This document shows positions 20,029 through 30,030 of a stretch of DNA of 64,000 nucleotides, piece after piece (within the stretch, counting starts at the first letter, position 1; the number at the start of each line of letters is the position of its first letter). This DNA is from Armatimonadota bacterium (lineage in GTDB: Bacteria > Armatimonadota > SYMT01). Position numbers and translations under genes: made by a program. The notes under the pieces are model-generated. The model saw nothing but the letters and a program-made list of their open reading frames with translations, did no database searches and had not been told where the DNA came from. The stretch is from contig JAWLHY010000009.1 in assembly GCA_041690135.1 (NCBI GenBank), forward strand, positions 128,001 through 192,000, written 5' to 3'.

Positions 20029-20541
20029 CTATCGGTGAAGCCAGTGGTTGACTATTAAGATCACGGCGATCTGTCCGGCGAGGTTCATGAGGGCACAGGC
20101 AAGCAGAAAGCCACAACCCAGGTGCATTCCACCGCGGTCGGCAAACTCTTCGACCGCCCGCAGTTTTCGATCCACTTCTTCGGCAATCTTCTCGTCCTGC
20201 TCGTCATTCAGGGTAGGGATGGTATGGGACTCTGAAGCCATTAGGCGAGCGACAAGAGTTTTGGCGGCTGCATAAACCAGTCCGCACCCCAGGGAAAGAA
20301 GCCCCGCAACGCGTAGCATCCCGCCGAGCACGCCGGCACTGAGCGCGTCGGCGGTGAAGCCGACCCAAAGCATCATCGAATACAGCCTCGCATCGCTCTC
20401 GTCTTTACGCGACGCTGCATCGGCACAGGCCATCTGGCACATAAATGCCAGCACGGATGCCAGGCTGGCGACCAGTATCAAAAAGCCTTGTACCGGAGAT
20501 GGGTGCATGACGCCTATCCCGTTGGGTATTCGTTCAGCCAT
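20029..20541 (-). CDS. Hypothetical membrane protein
   Basis: About 4 hydrophobic segments; overlaps the upstream stop. Confidence 0.55.
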   Translation of the reverse strand: MAERIPNGIGVMHPSPVQGFLILVASLASVLAFMCQMACADAASRKDESDARLYSMMLWVGFTADALSAGVLGGMLRVAGLLSLGCGLVYAAAKTLVARLMASESHTIPTLNDEQDEKIAEEVDRKLRAVEEFADRGGMHLGCGFLLACALMNLAGQIAVILIVNHWLHR

Positions 20542-21382
20542 GTCCACTGAACCGGCGGTGGAAGGCGGCGAGCGTCTCCTGTCCGGGCGAGTGGTCCAGC
20601 ACGGAGAACAGCACCCGCTCGAAGCGGCCGGACCAGGCACCCTCCCGCAGGTGTGCCGCGAAGGCCTCGGCCACCACCTCCGGGTCGTTGCGGAAGACGC
20701 CACAACCCCAGGCCCCCAGCACCAGGTGCCGGTAGCCGTGGGCGGCGGCCAGCGCCAGTACGTATTCTGCCCGGCGCCGGAAGATCGCCGGGATCTGCGG
20801 CAGCTCCCGCGGACGATGTTCGGCCGTGGCGCCGGCGTTCGGGGCGGCGCTGGTGATGAAGGCGACCGTGTGCGGCTCTTCCAGCAGGCGGCCGGAGTCG
20901 TCGCGGAACACCGGGCAGCCGGGGGACAGGATCATCGCGTCCGAATAGAGCGGCGACGGGGACTCGCGGTGGCGCCGGTAGTATTCTCCGGCCTGGAGCA
21001 GCGACGTGTAGAGGGCGGAACTGCGGGCAAGCGACTCTTCCTGGGCCTGGCTGCCGCTGAGGAAGCCGCCCCCCGGGTTCTTGGCGGAGGCAAAGTTCAA
21101 CGCCGCGACCGGCCCGCCCTCGGAAGCCGACAGCCGGGCAATGCCGGAGAGGGTCGTCTCGTTGACCACCTCAAAGGTGGTCCGGTAGCCGGGGTCTGGT
21201 TCCGACAACACCTTTCGCCGCAGTTGCTCCAACACCTCTGGAGGAAAGAAGCCGGTGCCCTCCATGCAAGCTTGCACGGCGGCGGCGATGGAGACCGTCC
21301 GGCCGCTGGGCGCCGTGTAGGTGCCGCGATCGGCGATCTCCACCGTTTGCCGGGCCACTTCCATCCGGGAGTTGCGGTTCAC
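20534..21382 (-). CDS. TIGR02452/DUF2263 family, bacterial PARG-like macrodomain ADP-ribose hydrolase
   Basis: LNFASAKNPGGGFLSGSQAQEESLARSS (GGG-X6-QEE), LVLGAWGCGVFRND. Confidence 0.9.
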   Translation of the reverse strand: MNRNSRMEVARQTVEIADRGTYTAPSGRTVSIAAAVQACMEGTGFFPPEVLEQLRRKVLSEPDPGYRTTFEVVNETTLSGIARLSASEGGPVAALNFASAKNPGGGFLSGSQAQEESLARSSALYTSLLQAGEYYRRHRESPSPLYSDAMILSPGCPVFRDDSGRLLEEPHTVAFITSAAPNAGATAEHRPRELPQIPAIFRRRAEYVLALAAAHGYRHLVLGAWGCGVFRNDPEVVAEAFAAHLREGAWSGRFERVLFSVLDHSPGQETLAAFHRRFSGHG

Positions 21383-21479
21383 CTGTTCTGCCTTTTGCCC
21401 CAAAGCTTATGAACTGGTGATCTGTTAACCGCAAGACCCTGCGGTTCCTTGTCCGTTTGAGGCCGGTTCAGTATTGGGG

Positions 21480-23255
21480 CTATTCGTTGAAGAGCTCCCG
21501 GTGAATGCGGGCGATCTGCTCCGGGTCGATCTTGGGTTGGCGGTCGTAGGTGAGCAGGCCATTGATCTCCTGTTCGATGTCGGTGAGCTGCGTATAGCAG
21601 AAGCCGGAGACGAACGGCAGCGCGGCGATGCCCTCCATGATGTCCCGGTAGCGGGCGACCAGTTCGTCCTCCGACTCGATGGAGGCGTAAACGTTGTACA
21701 GGCGGTCCCATTTCTCGCGCGGCACGTCCGGGCGCATCAGGATGCCGCCCACCTCCGTGAGCATCACCGGTTGCCCGCGGTAGTGAGAGCCCTGGGCCAG
21801 GATGACCCGGCTGCCGCTCCAGATGCGCTCCGGGAGCGGGCCTCCTTCGAGGGTTTCCGCGTAGTGGGCCTTGAGCGCGGCGGCGTTGTGGCTGTAGTCG
21901 TGGATCGCCAGGATGTCGGTGATGTCCGTGTGCTCCCAGCCGTCGTTGTCGATCACGGGGCGCGTGGCGTCGAGGCGGCGGGTGGCGGAGACGATCCGCT
22001 CCAGGAAGGCATACTGCCCGGCATGGCCTTCCCGCAGGTCCGGAAAGCCCATGCTCTCGTTCACCGGTACCCAGGTGATGATGCAGGGGTGGTTGACGTC
22101 GCGGCAGACGGCGCGTTCCCACTCGGCCATCAACTGCTCTTCCGCTTCCGGCGACCAGGCGCGTCCGTTCGGCATCTCCGCCCACACCAGCAGTCCCAGG
22201 CGATCGCACCAGTAGAGCCAGCGCGGGTCCTCGATCTTCTGGTGCTTCCGCGCGCCGTTGTAGCCGAACTTGCGAATCCACTCTACATCCGCTTTGAGCG
22301 CTTCGTCCGAGGGCGCGGCAAGATAGCTCTCCGGCCAGTAACCCTGGTCCAGGACCATGGCGAGGTAGGTCGGCTTCCCGTTCAGGAACAGCTTGCCGTT
22401 CTCAAGGCGGACGCTGCGCAGGCCGGTGTAGGAGGTGACTTCGTCCAGTTGCCGATCCCCATCCAGCAGACGCACGACGACATCGTAAAGATGCGGCGTC
22501 TCCGGGGTCCAGAGGCGGGCGTTGGGAATCGCCAGTCGAACCAACGCCACGGCGTGGTCGGTTTCCACCGTGGTGGAGGCCACTTCGTTTTCGCCGTCGA
22601 GCACACGCACTTCCACATTCCATCCGGTAGAAGGGGCATGGAGATAGGTGGTGACCGTGATCTCGCCAGTCTCGGCGTGAGGGGTCACGCGGATATCCTC
22701 GATGCGGATCGGCGGCGCCGGCTCTAGCCACACCGTCTGCCAGATGCCCGTGGTGCAGTAGTAGTCGATGCCATGCGGCTGCCCCGTGCTGGATTGCTTG
22801 CCGCGGGGCTGCCGGGGGTCCTGGCAATCCTCCACCCGGAGACAGAGACGGTTCACCCCCTCCTGCAGGTAGGGCGCAATATCGAACCAGAACGGCACGT
22901 GGCCGCCGCGGTTGTGCCCCACCTCGCGGCCGTTCACCCAGACGGTGGTTCGGTAGTCGACGGCCCCGAAGTGGAGAAGTAGATCGCGCCCTCGCCAGTC
23001 GCCCGGGATTTCGAAATCACGAGCGTACCAGACGAACTCGTGGATGCCTTTGTCGTTGATGCCGGAGAGCTCGCACTGGTAGGGGAAAGGTACGAGGATG
23101 CGCTGCGAGAGAGGCTGGCCGTCGAACCACCGCTGCTCCAGGCCCTGGTTGGCGTCGTCGAAACAGAACTCCCACTCGCCGTTCAGGTTGAGCCACTCGC
23201 TCCGGACGAACTGCGGGCGGGGGTATTCGGGTCGCGGGATGTTTTCAGTCTTCAT
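21480..23255 (-). CDS. Glycoside hydrolase family 2
   Basis: PRPEYPRPQ, LLHFGAVDY, TGIWQTVWLE, LDQGYWP, RKHQK, WVPVNES, MLTEVGG, YTQLTDIEQEINGL. Confidence 0.92.
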   Translation of the reverse strand: MKTENIPRPEYPRPQFVRSEWLNLNGEWEFCFDDANQGLEQRWFDGQPLSQRILVPFPYQCELSGINDKGIHEFVWYARDFEIPGDWRGRDLLLHFGAVDYRTTVWVNGREVGHNRGGHVPFWFDIAPYLQEGVNRLCLRVEDCQDPRQPRGKQSSTGQPHGIDYYCTTGIWQTVWLEPAPPIRIEDIRVTPHAETGEITVTTYLHAPSTGWNVEVRVLDGENEVASTTVETDHAVALVRLAIPNARLWTPETPHLYDVVVRLLDGDRQLDEVTSYTGLRSVRLENGKLFLNGKPTYLAMVLDQGYWPESYLAAPSDEALKADVEWIRKFGYNGARKHQKIEDPRWLYWCDRLGLLVWAEMPNGRAWSPEAEEQLMAEWERAVCRDVNHPCIITWVPVNESMGFPDLREGHAGQYAFLERIVSATRRLDATRPVIDNDGWEHTDITDILAIHDYSHNAAALKAHYAETLEGGPLPERIWSGSRVILAQGSHYRGQPVMLTEVGGILMRPDVPREKWDRLYNVYASIESEDELVARYRDIMEGIAALPFVSGFCYTQLTDIEQEINGLLTYDRQPKIDPEQIARIHRELFNE

Positions 23256-23334
23256 GGTGTCGAGGAAAGCACGCGCTATGCTTCATCTTGACACCATACC
23301 CCAACTTGGTCGCGACTGTCGTATCGGAGGGTTG

Positions 23335-23676
23335 TTACAGGAGACCTTGTTGTTCGAGGTCTTCAAGGGCCTGGCGGGCGGCGGCGTAGGGGCGGGAGGT
23401 GCGTCCGGCGGAGACGGCGGCGAGGATGGCGGGCAGCCGCTCCTGGTGTTCCTCATTGAGGGGGGCGGGCTCGCAGGTGGCGTTGAAGCAATAGCGGCAC
23501 CAGGCGACGTACTCTCCCTGGCCGCGGGTGCTGATCCAGACGGAGACGGTGCGGGTGCCGGTGCTGCAGTGCTCGCACGTTTCCTGGTAGGCTTCGAGGA
23601 GGTAGCGCAGGCGGCCGGAGGGCAGCCGGAGGGTGACGACTTCGGGGTGGGCGGCGGGAGTGGACGCTTTGGGCAC
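23335..23676 (-). CDS. Hypothetical protein with two CxxC motifs
   Basis: CEHC and CRYC; AGGA RBS before GTG. Confidence 0.5.
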   Translation of the reverse strand: MPKASTPAAHPEVVTLRLPSGRLRYLLEAYQETCEHCSTGTRTVSVWISTRGQGEYVAWCRYCFNATCEPAPLNEEHQERLPAILAAVSAGRTSRPYAAARQALEDLEQQGLL

Positions 23677-23777
23677 GGTGAATCCTCGACCGGTAGGAGA
23701 AGCGGCAGTTCATCGTAACAGCCCCGGCCACCGATGACAACAGACGGGGTCGGGGTCGGCGAGGGGGCGAACAGCCT

Positions 23778-24389
23778 CTATCCGGGCCCGGAGTTCCGGA
23801 CTTCGCTGTTTCTCCGCCAGCGGGAGCGGAGGTGGGTGAGGGCCCAGCCGGCGAGGGCGAGCAGGGCTATCGTGAAGAGAGCGGCGAAGACCGGCGCCAG
23901 CACGCTGAGGAACAGGCCCACGCCGGTGACCGCATCCTCGATGAAGGAGAGGGCGGTGTTCCCGGCGCCGAGGTGGAGCGGGGAGGTGGCGGTGCTGCTC
24001 GCGCGGGTGAAGCTCTTGCCGGCGTGGATGGTAAAGGCCGTGCCGCCGCCCGCGATGAGGCCCAACGCCAGCGCGGTGGTGGGGTCCAGCTTGACCATCA
24101 CCGCGGAGACCAGCACGGTGCCGGCCGCCGGGCGCAGCACCGTGCCTGCCGTATCGAGGAAGTGGTCGACGGCCACGATCTTATCGCCCAGCACCTCCAG
24201 CAGGGTGGCCACCCCGAAAATGATGAGGCTGTCGGTCCGCTCCAGGAAGCTGTAAGCCTCGCCGAGCTGGAGGTAGTCCGCCCGCCCGAGCGCCCCCACG
24301 ATCAGGCAGGGCAGGAAGGCCCGCAGCCCGCTGCAGGCCGCCAGCCCGATCCCCATGCAGAGCTGTAACGCCAACTCCATGCCGTTCAT
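23778..24389 (-). CDS. DUF4126 membrane protein
   Basis: GIGLAACSGLRAFLP, EVLGDKI, DHFLD, LSFIED. Confidence 0.88.
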   Translation of the reverse strand: MNGMELALQLCMGIGLAACSGLRAFLPCLIVGALGRADYLQLGEAYSFLERTDSLIIFGVATLLEVLGDKIVAVDHFLDTAGTVLRPAAGTVLVSAVMVKLDPTTALALGLIAGGGTAFTIHAGKSFTRASSTATSPLHLGAGNTALSFIEDAVTGVGLFLSVLAPVFAALFTIALLALAGWALTHLRSRWRRNSEVRNSGPG

Positions 24390-24482
24390 CGATTGCCGAT
24401 ACCTCCCGTTCTACATCCACTAAACGCTATCGATGGGGTTCGGTTGCGGTCCACGATCATGACGACCAGGGCGGGTGGGAGC

Positions 24483-24631
24483 CACAGATTTCACAGATTA
24501 TTGGGAGAGAAGAAAGCGGACCGCACGGATAGATCGAGAGGTCGGGTGATCCAGGTTGGGAATCGCATTTGGGTAACGGATGGGCCTGGAGATGTGAATT
24601 GTTCTCCTCTTTCTAATTTGTGAAATCTGTG
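24483..24631. repeat. Inverted repeat pair CACAGATTTCACAGATTA / TAATTTGTGAAATCTGTG
   Basis: 18-bp inverted repeat with 1 mismatch, 113-bp spacer. Confidence 0.7.
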
Positions 24632-24639
24632 ACTCCAGC

Positions 24640-25638
24640 TCAACGGGATTTGGGGCGGGCGGGTTGGCCGGTACGGGCGGACTCGTAGATGGCATCCATC
24701 AGCTCGCTCTGGTTGATGCCGTTCTGGACGCTGGTGCGGGGTTCGTCGTGACCCAGGATCGCGTTGATGAAGTTGTCGTTGGGGGTCTCGGCCTGGCCGG
24801 TGAGGGGCAGGTCCTGAACCTCGCCGACGCCTTCCTTATAGACGTTGATCCACTTGCCGTTCCAGCCGTCGATGTCCACGCGGCCGCCGTCGAAGGAGAG
24901 GTACATGCCGGCGCCGCTGTTGGGGCAGTTCCCGGCGATGGTGATGGTGGCCAGGGTGCCGTCGGCGAAGCGGATGTTGACGGTGCCGTTGATGTCGACC
25001 GGCGTGTCCAGGTTGTCCACGAAGGCGAAGACTTCGGCCACGGGCTGCTCGACGGTCCAGACCAGGCTGTTGAACAGGTGCGCGCCGCTATCGTACATCT
25101 GCCCGCCGCCGGAGAGGGCCGGGTCCTGCCGCCAGGTGCCGCGGGTGCCCTTGCGCCAGTTCTGGGTGAGCCAGCCGGTCACCGTTTCGAGGCGGCCGAG
25201 CTCCTTACGGCGGACGAGATTCCGCAGGTAGTGGAACTGGGGTGTGCATGGCGTGTTGTAGCCGATCACGAAGACCTTGCCGGACTGCTCCACGACTCCC
25301 TTGAGCGCGTGGGCCTGGTCCGCATCGGTGACCATCGGCTTCTCCATCAACACGTGGCAGCCGGCCTGCAGGGCCTGCTTGCCATGCTCGAAGTGGAGGG
25401 TGTGGGGCGTGACGATGGTGACCGCGTCCGGTTTTGCCTCCGCATACATCCGGGCCGGGTCGGTGAACACCGCCGGGCGAGAATCGTAGTCCGCGAGGTG
25501 CTTCGCGAGGAAGCGCTCCACGCAGGCTTCGTCCACGTCGCACAGGGCGACGATGCGGGCATCGGGGTTCGCACGGAAGCGCTGGGCATGGTGGCCGGCC
25601 ATGCCGCCACAGCCCAGGATGGCTACGTTAACCGCCAT
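24640..25638 (-). CDS. Gfo/Idh/MocA oxidoreductase
   Basis: ILGCGGMA, HVLMEKP, GGGQMYDSGAH. Confidence 0.9.
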   Translation of the reverse strand: MAVNVAILGCGGMAGHHAQRFRANPDARIVALCDVDEACVERFLAKHLADYDSRPAVFTDPARMYAEAKPDAVTIVTPHTLHFEHGKQALQAGCHVLMEKPMVTDADQAHALKGVVEQSGKVFVIGYNTPCTPQFHYLRNLVRRKELGRLETVTGWLTQNWRKGTRGTWRQDPALSGGGQMYDSGAHLFNSLVWTVEQPVAEVFAFVDNLDTPVDINGTVNIRFADGTLATITIAGNCPNSGAGMYLSFDGGRVDIDGWNGKWINVYKEGVGEVQDLPLTGQAETPNDNFINAILGHDEPRTSVQNGINQSELMDAIYESARTGQPARPKSR

Positions 25639-25787
25639 TGACCAGGTGTCCTTTCAACGTTGAGAGGTTCGATGAGTGGGAGATCTGGATCATCCCAGGT
25701 GCATTGCCTTTGACGGGTGCGGTTGGCAGGAGTGCCCTCACCCCTACCCCATATGTGTTGCCATAGGCGACTGCGGTGCCCAGAGAG

Positions 25788-25826
25788 CCCTCACCCCTAC
25801 CCCTCTCCCACGCTGCGGGAGAGGGG
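25788..25826. repeat. REP-like palindrome CCCTCACCCC..CCCTCTCCC...GGGAGAGGGG
   Basis: Hairpin seen directly; partial second copy at about 25735. Confidence 0.65.
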
Positions 25827-25934
25827 AGTTCCGTGTGCGGTACGGAGCGTTGCTTGCGGATGGTAAGTGCCGCATGCAGTGCGGAGCGAACGCGGGTGCG
25901 TCTCCCCTCTTCGGTGGTTGCCTTCTGGGGTCTG

Positions 25935-26297
25935 TTACTCCTCCCGATGTACAGCATCCGGGGAGAAGGCGGGTAGGCAGACGGCGAGGTACTCGGCGCC
26001 CTCGGGGCCGGGGGTGCTGTACTGGACCCACTCCCCGGCGGGCGCGATGACCGCCTGTCCGGCTTCCACGTCGAGAACGCCGTCCTTATGGGTGACGCGC
26101 AGGGAGCCGCGCAGGACGACGGTGTACTCGTCGAATTCGGGGGTCTGGGCCGGCTCGGTCCAGCCGCTGGGGCTGGTCATCCGGGCGATGCTGACGGCGG
26201 CGGTGCCGGAGTTGACCCGGCCGATGAACTCCTCGATCCGCTTCGGCTTGTTGCCCGCCGCGGCGATGATCGTGGGGGAGGCGATGTGGATGGGCAT
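25935..26297 (-). CDS. Cupin domain protein
   Basis: KPKRIEEFIGRVN, QTPEFDEYTVVLRG, WVQYSTP, CLPAFSP. Confidence 0.88.
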   Translation of the reverse strand: MPIHIASPTIIAAAGNKPKRIEEFIGRVNSGTAAVSIARMTSPSGWTEPAQTPEFDEYTVVLRGSLRVTHKDGVLDVEAGQAVIAPAGEWVQYSTPGPEGAEYLAVCLPAFSPDAVHREE

Positions 26298-26329
26298 GGT
26301 AATCCTCTCTATCTCTTTGTTGTACTGTG

Positions 26330-29300
26330 TTACCGGAAGTTATGGGCTTCGGGGGCGTTGAAGGTGCGGAGGGCGTGGTGGGCCTTGCGGGCGGCGGCGC
26401 TCTTGACGGCGTCCGGGAGGGCCTCGGTGAGCGGCCAGGCCTCCTGAGCGACCAGGTTCACGCGGAGCGCCTTGCGCTCCAGCACGCCGCGGATGAGCAG
26501 CAGCGGTTCGGTGCGGTAGAGCACCCGCTGGGTTTCGAGCAGCTCCGGGCGGACCACCACGTTCAGCATACCGGTCTCGTCTTCCAGCAGGAGGAACATG
26601 ATCCCCTTCGCCGTCTCCGGCCGCTGGCGGGTGGTGACGAGCCCGGCCACCTCCACCACGGATTGGTCCGGGCATTTGCGCAGGCTCCGGATCGGCACGA
26701 TCTGCCGGGACAGCTTCGGGCGCAGCAGCCCCATGGGGTGCGCCTCCACCGAGAGCGACATGACCCGGTAGTCGTGGGCCATCCGCTCCCAGGCGCCGGC
26801 GGGGGACAGCGGAACCTCGTCTTGCTCGGTGGGGAGCTCCAGCGCGGGCTGGAAGGCGACGGGGACCGTGCCGTGCTCCCCGCGCTCCACGTACTGGCGG
26901 CCGCGGTGGAAGCCGAGCAGGCCCAATTGCCAGAGCAACTCCCGCCGGTTGAGGCCGAAGCCGTCCAGGGCGCCGGCCAGGATCAGGTTCTCGAGGATGC
27001 GGTCCGGGAAGCGGGTGCGCCGGATGAGGTCGGTCAGCGACCGGAAGGGCCCGCCGGCCTCTCGCTCGGCCAGGAGCTCGGCGCCCTTGCTCTGGCCCAA
27101 CCCCTGGACCGCGCCCAGGCCGAGCTGCACGATGCGGCCATGCACGGTGCAGCCGAGGAGACTCCGGTTGATCTCCGGCGGCAGGAAGCGGATGCCGCGG
27201 CGCTGGGCATCCTTGATGAGGGTGTCCGGCCCGTAGAACCCCATGGGCTGACAGTTCAACAGCGCGGCCACGTACTCGGCCGGGTGGTACTGGAGCAGCC
27301 ACATGGACTGGTAGGCGAGGACGGCGAAGGCGGCCGCGTGGGACTTGGGGAAGCCGAAGGCGGAGAAGGCGACGACCTTCTCGAAGACCCGGCAGGCGAT
27401 CTCCGGCGATACTCCCCTGCCGGCGGCCCCTTCCAGGAACAGCTCGCGGAAGCGCTCCATGTTCTCGCGAGAGCGCTTCCGGCTCATGGCGCGGCGCAAC
27501 TGGTCGGCCTCTCCGTCCGTGAACCCGGCGAGGTGCTTGCAGACCTCCATCACCTGGTCCTGGTAGAGGATCACCCCCAGGGTATCGGCCAGCACCGGCG
27601 CCAGGAGCGGGTGGTCGAAGCGCGGCCGGAAGTGGCGCTCGCTGCGCTGCCGCTCGCGCTCCTGGACGTAAGGGTTCACCGCGTTTGCCACCACCGGGCC
27701 GGGCCGGACGATGGCGACCTGGATCGCCAGCTCCTCCACCGTGCGCGGGCGGGTGCGGACCAGCATCCCGATTTGCGCGCGCGACTCGATCTGGAACGCG
27801 CCGACCGTCTCGCCGCGGCAGATCCGGTTGTAGACGACCGGGTCATCGAACGGGATCCGGGAAAGGTCGACGGGCCGCTTGCCGTTTGCCGCGATCAGGT
27901 CGAGGCACTCTTCCACCGCCGAGAGCATGCCGAGCGCCAGGAAGTCGATCTTGATCATCCGGGCGGCGTCCACCGAGTCCTTATCCCACTGGCAGACCTG
28001 CCGGCCGTCCATGGCGGAGTGCTCCACCGGCACGATCTCCACCAGCGGCCGGGAGGAGATGACGAGGCCGCCCACGTGCTGGGAGAGGTGGCGCGGCATG
28101 CCCCAGAGCTGCTCGCTGAGCTCGGAGAGGTGCTGCCAGAGGCGGTTGTTCTGGTAGGCGGAGAACTCCGCGAGCCGCGCGATCTCCTCGCCCACCTGGG
28201 TGCGGTTGTCGCCCAGCTTCGCCAGGCGGTCGAGCTCGGCGGGGGGGAGGGCCAGCGCCTTCCCCACCTCGCGGACGGCCCCCCGGAAGCGGTAGGTGGG
28301 GAAGATGCAGACCATGGCGACGTGATCCTCGCCGTAGTGCCGGTGGACGCGCCGGATCAGCTCCTCCCGGATGTCGCGGGGGAAGTCGAGGTCGATGTCC
28401 GGCACGGTGTTGAGCGCCTCGTTCAGGAAGCGGCCCGGAAAGAGCCGCGCCTGGACCGGATCGACCGGCGAGAGGCCGATGAGGTAGCAGATGATGGAGG
28501 AGACAGCGGAGCCGCGGCCCCTCCCGGGCGGCAGCTCGAACTTCCCGCGGGCGGCGGTTCCCCGGATCTCCGCCGCCACCTGCTTGCTCATCTGGAGCAG
28601 GTCGCGGTAGACCAGGAAGAAGCCGGCGAGGCCGTGCAGCTTCACCAGCCGCAGCTCTTCCGCCAGCCAGCGGCGCGCCTCCGCCTTTCGCTCGGAGCTC
28701 TCCCGCGCATACTTGACCTCGAGCGCCTCCCCGCAGAGGATGGCGAGCGCCTCGTCCGCCGTCCGGAACTGGTCGTCCTCCGCCTCGTTGATGAAGTCGG
28801 GGAATTGGTAGCCGAGGTCGCGAGTGATATCGAACGCCCGGCAGCGCTCCCCGATCTCCCGCGCGTGGGCCAGCGCCTCCGGGTAGGCGGCGAACCGCTC
28901 CCGGAGCACCTCCGCCGGCTGGAGGAAGAACTCGCTGTTCGGGCGGCGGTAGCGGCGCGCCTCGTGGAGGGAGACCCCGTGGCGAATCGCCACCAGCGTG
29001 TCCTGCAGGCGGTGCCGCTCGCGGATGTGGTAGTGGGTGTTGTTCGTGGCCACCAGGGGGATCCGCAGGCGGCAGCCCAGCTCCGCCAGCACGCGGAGAC
29101 GACGGGTGTCCCCTCGCACCAGGTTCTGCTGTACTTCCAGGAAGAAGTTGCCGTCCCCGAACCACCGCCGGTAGCGCTCCGCGGCCGCCTCCGCCGCGGC
29201 CCAGTGGTCCTGATCCAGCAGCCGGGACACCTGTCCCTCGCGGCAGCCGGAGAGGGCGATGAGGCCGCCCGCGTGCTCCGGCAGGGCGGAATAGGGGAGC

Positions 29301-29608
29301 CGGGGGGAGCGCCGCTCACTCTCCCGGTGCGCGAGCGAGAGGAGCCGGCAGAGGTTGGCGTACCCCTCCGGCGTTTCGGCCAGCAGGACGAGGTGCGACT
29401 CGTCCTCCAGCGTGACCTCCGCCCCGGTGATGGGCTGCAGCCCGGCGTGGTGGGCGGCCTGCGCGAATTCGAGTGCCCCGTAGAGGCCGTCGTGATCGGT
29501 GAGCGCCAGGGCGGTGTAGCCCAACTCGACGGCGCGCGCAACCAGCTCCTCGGGGTGCGAGGCGCCGTCCAGGAAGGAGTAACAGGAATGGCAGTGGAGG
29601 TCGATCAA
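26330..29608 (-). CDS. dnaE2: Error-prone DNA polymerase III alpha subunit
   Basis: PHP HCHSCYSFLDG/TDHDG, catalytic PDIDLDF, KIDFLALGML, FGFPKSHA, CQPMGFY, OB-fold RQRPETAKG, C-terminal AHNFR; start codon uncertain (TTG 29608 chosen). Confidence 0.92.
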   Translation of the reverse strand: MIDLHCHSCYSFLDGASHPEELVARAVELGYTALALTDHDGLYGALEFAQAAHHAGLQPITGAEVTLEDESHLVLLAETPEGYANLCRLLSLAHRESERRSPRLPYSALPEHAGGLIALSGCREGQVSRLLDQDHWAAAEAAAERYRRWFGDGNFFLEVQQNLVRGDTRRLRVLAELGCRLRIPLVATNNTHYHIRERHRLQDTLVAIRHGVSLHEARRYRRPNSEFFLQPAEVLRERFAAYPEALAHAREIGERCRAFDITRDLGYQFPDFINEAEDDQFRTADEALAILCGEALEVKYARESSERKAEARRWLAEELRLVKLHGLAGFFLVYRDLLQMSKQVAAEIRGTAARGKFELPPGRGRGSAVSSIICYLIGLSPVDPVQARLFPGRFLNEALNTVPDIDLDFPRDIREELIRRVHRHYGEDHVAMVCIFPTYRFRGAVREVGKALALPPAELDRLAKLGDNRTQVGEEIARLAEFSAYQNNRLWQHLSELSEQLWGMPRHLSQHVGGLVISSRPLVEIVPVEHSAMDGRQVCQWDKDSVDAARMIKIDFLALGMLSAVEECLDLIAANGKRPVDLSRIPFDDPVVYNRICRGETVGAFQIESRAQIGMLVRTRPRTVEELAIQVAIVRPGPVVANAVNPYVQERERQRSERHFRPRFDHPLLAPVLADTLGVILYQDQVMEVCKHLAGFTDGEADQLRRAMSRKRSRENMERFRELFLEGAAGRGVSPEIACRVFEKVVAFSAFGFPKSHAAAFAVLAYQSMWLLQYHPAEYVAALLNCQPMGFYGPDTLIKDAQRRGIRFLPPEINRSLLGCTVHGRIVQLGLGAVQGLGQSKGAELLAEREAGGPFRSLTDLIRRTRFPDRILENLILAGALDGFGLNRRELLWQLGLLGFHRGRQYVERGEHGTVPVAFQPALELPTEQDEVPLSPAGAWERMAHDYRVMSLSVEAHPMGLLRPKLSRQIVPIRSLRKCPDQSVVEVAGLVTTRQRPETAKGIMFLLLEDETGMLNVVVRPELLETQRVLYRTEPLLLIRGVLERKALRVNLVAQEAWPLTEALPDAVKSAAARKAHHALRTFNAPEAHNFR

Positions 29609-29696
29609 TGTTCGGGTGTTCGGGCACCCCTGTGGGGCGTAAATGTTCGGGTGGTCAGGTGCTCGGGTGTTCGGGTGTTCAGGCAATTGATCTTGA

Positions 29697-30030
29697 TCGT
29701 CATTGCGAGGAGCGGTGGATCTGCAGTAACTTCTCAGCCCAGATGAGCCTCCCGTCGAAGCTCCCAGCCAACGGGTCTGAACCCATGAGCGACGCGGCAA
29801 GCCCCCTGGTCAGGGAACTTGTCGTTACACGGGATCCTTATCCTCATCCTGATCCTAATCCACTCCGCCCACTGGTCAGGGAACTTGCTCTTACACGGTC
29901 CAGCAGCCTCCGCCCTGAGAACTCGTCATTACCCGGGACTCCTTGTCCTAATCGTAATCCTGGTCCTAATCGGTCTCACCCCCTGGTCAGGGAACTCGTC
30001 GTTACACGATCCGGCAGCCTCCTGCACAGG
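29697..30030 (-). repeat. Composite CCCTGACCAGGG/GAT(A/T)AG repeat element, inverted copy
   Basis: GTCATTGCGAGGAGC end; CCCTGGTCAGGG at 29804 and 29981, near-match at about 29869; (C)CTTATC/CTAATC hexamers. Confidence 0.8.

Noticed and set aside
26327-29746. 1139-aa plus-strand ORF
   Set aside because: Antisense shadow of dnaE2 in high-GC DNA. The same applies to 4835-6418, 40789-42420, 49639-51867 and 62123-63835.
29609-29800. N-terminal extension of DnaE2 in the ORF track
   Set aside because: It consists of translated repeat elements; recognisable PHP sequence starts at LIDLHCHS. The true start remains uncertain.
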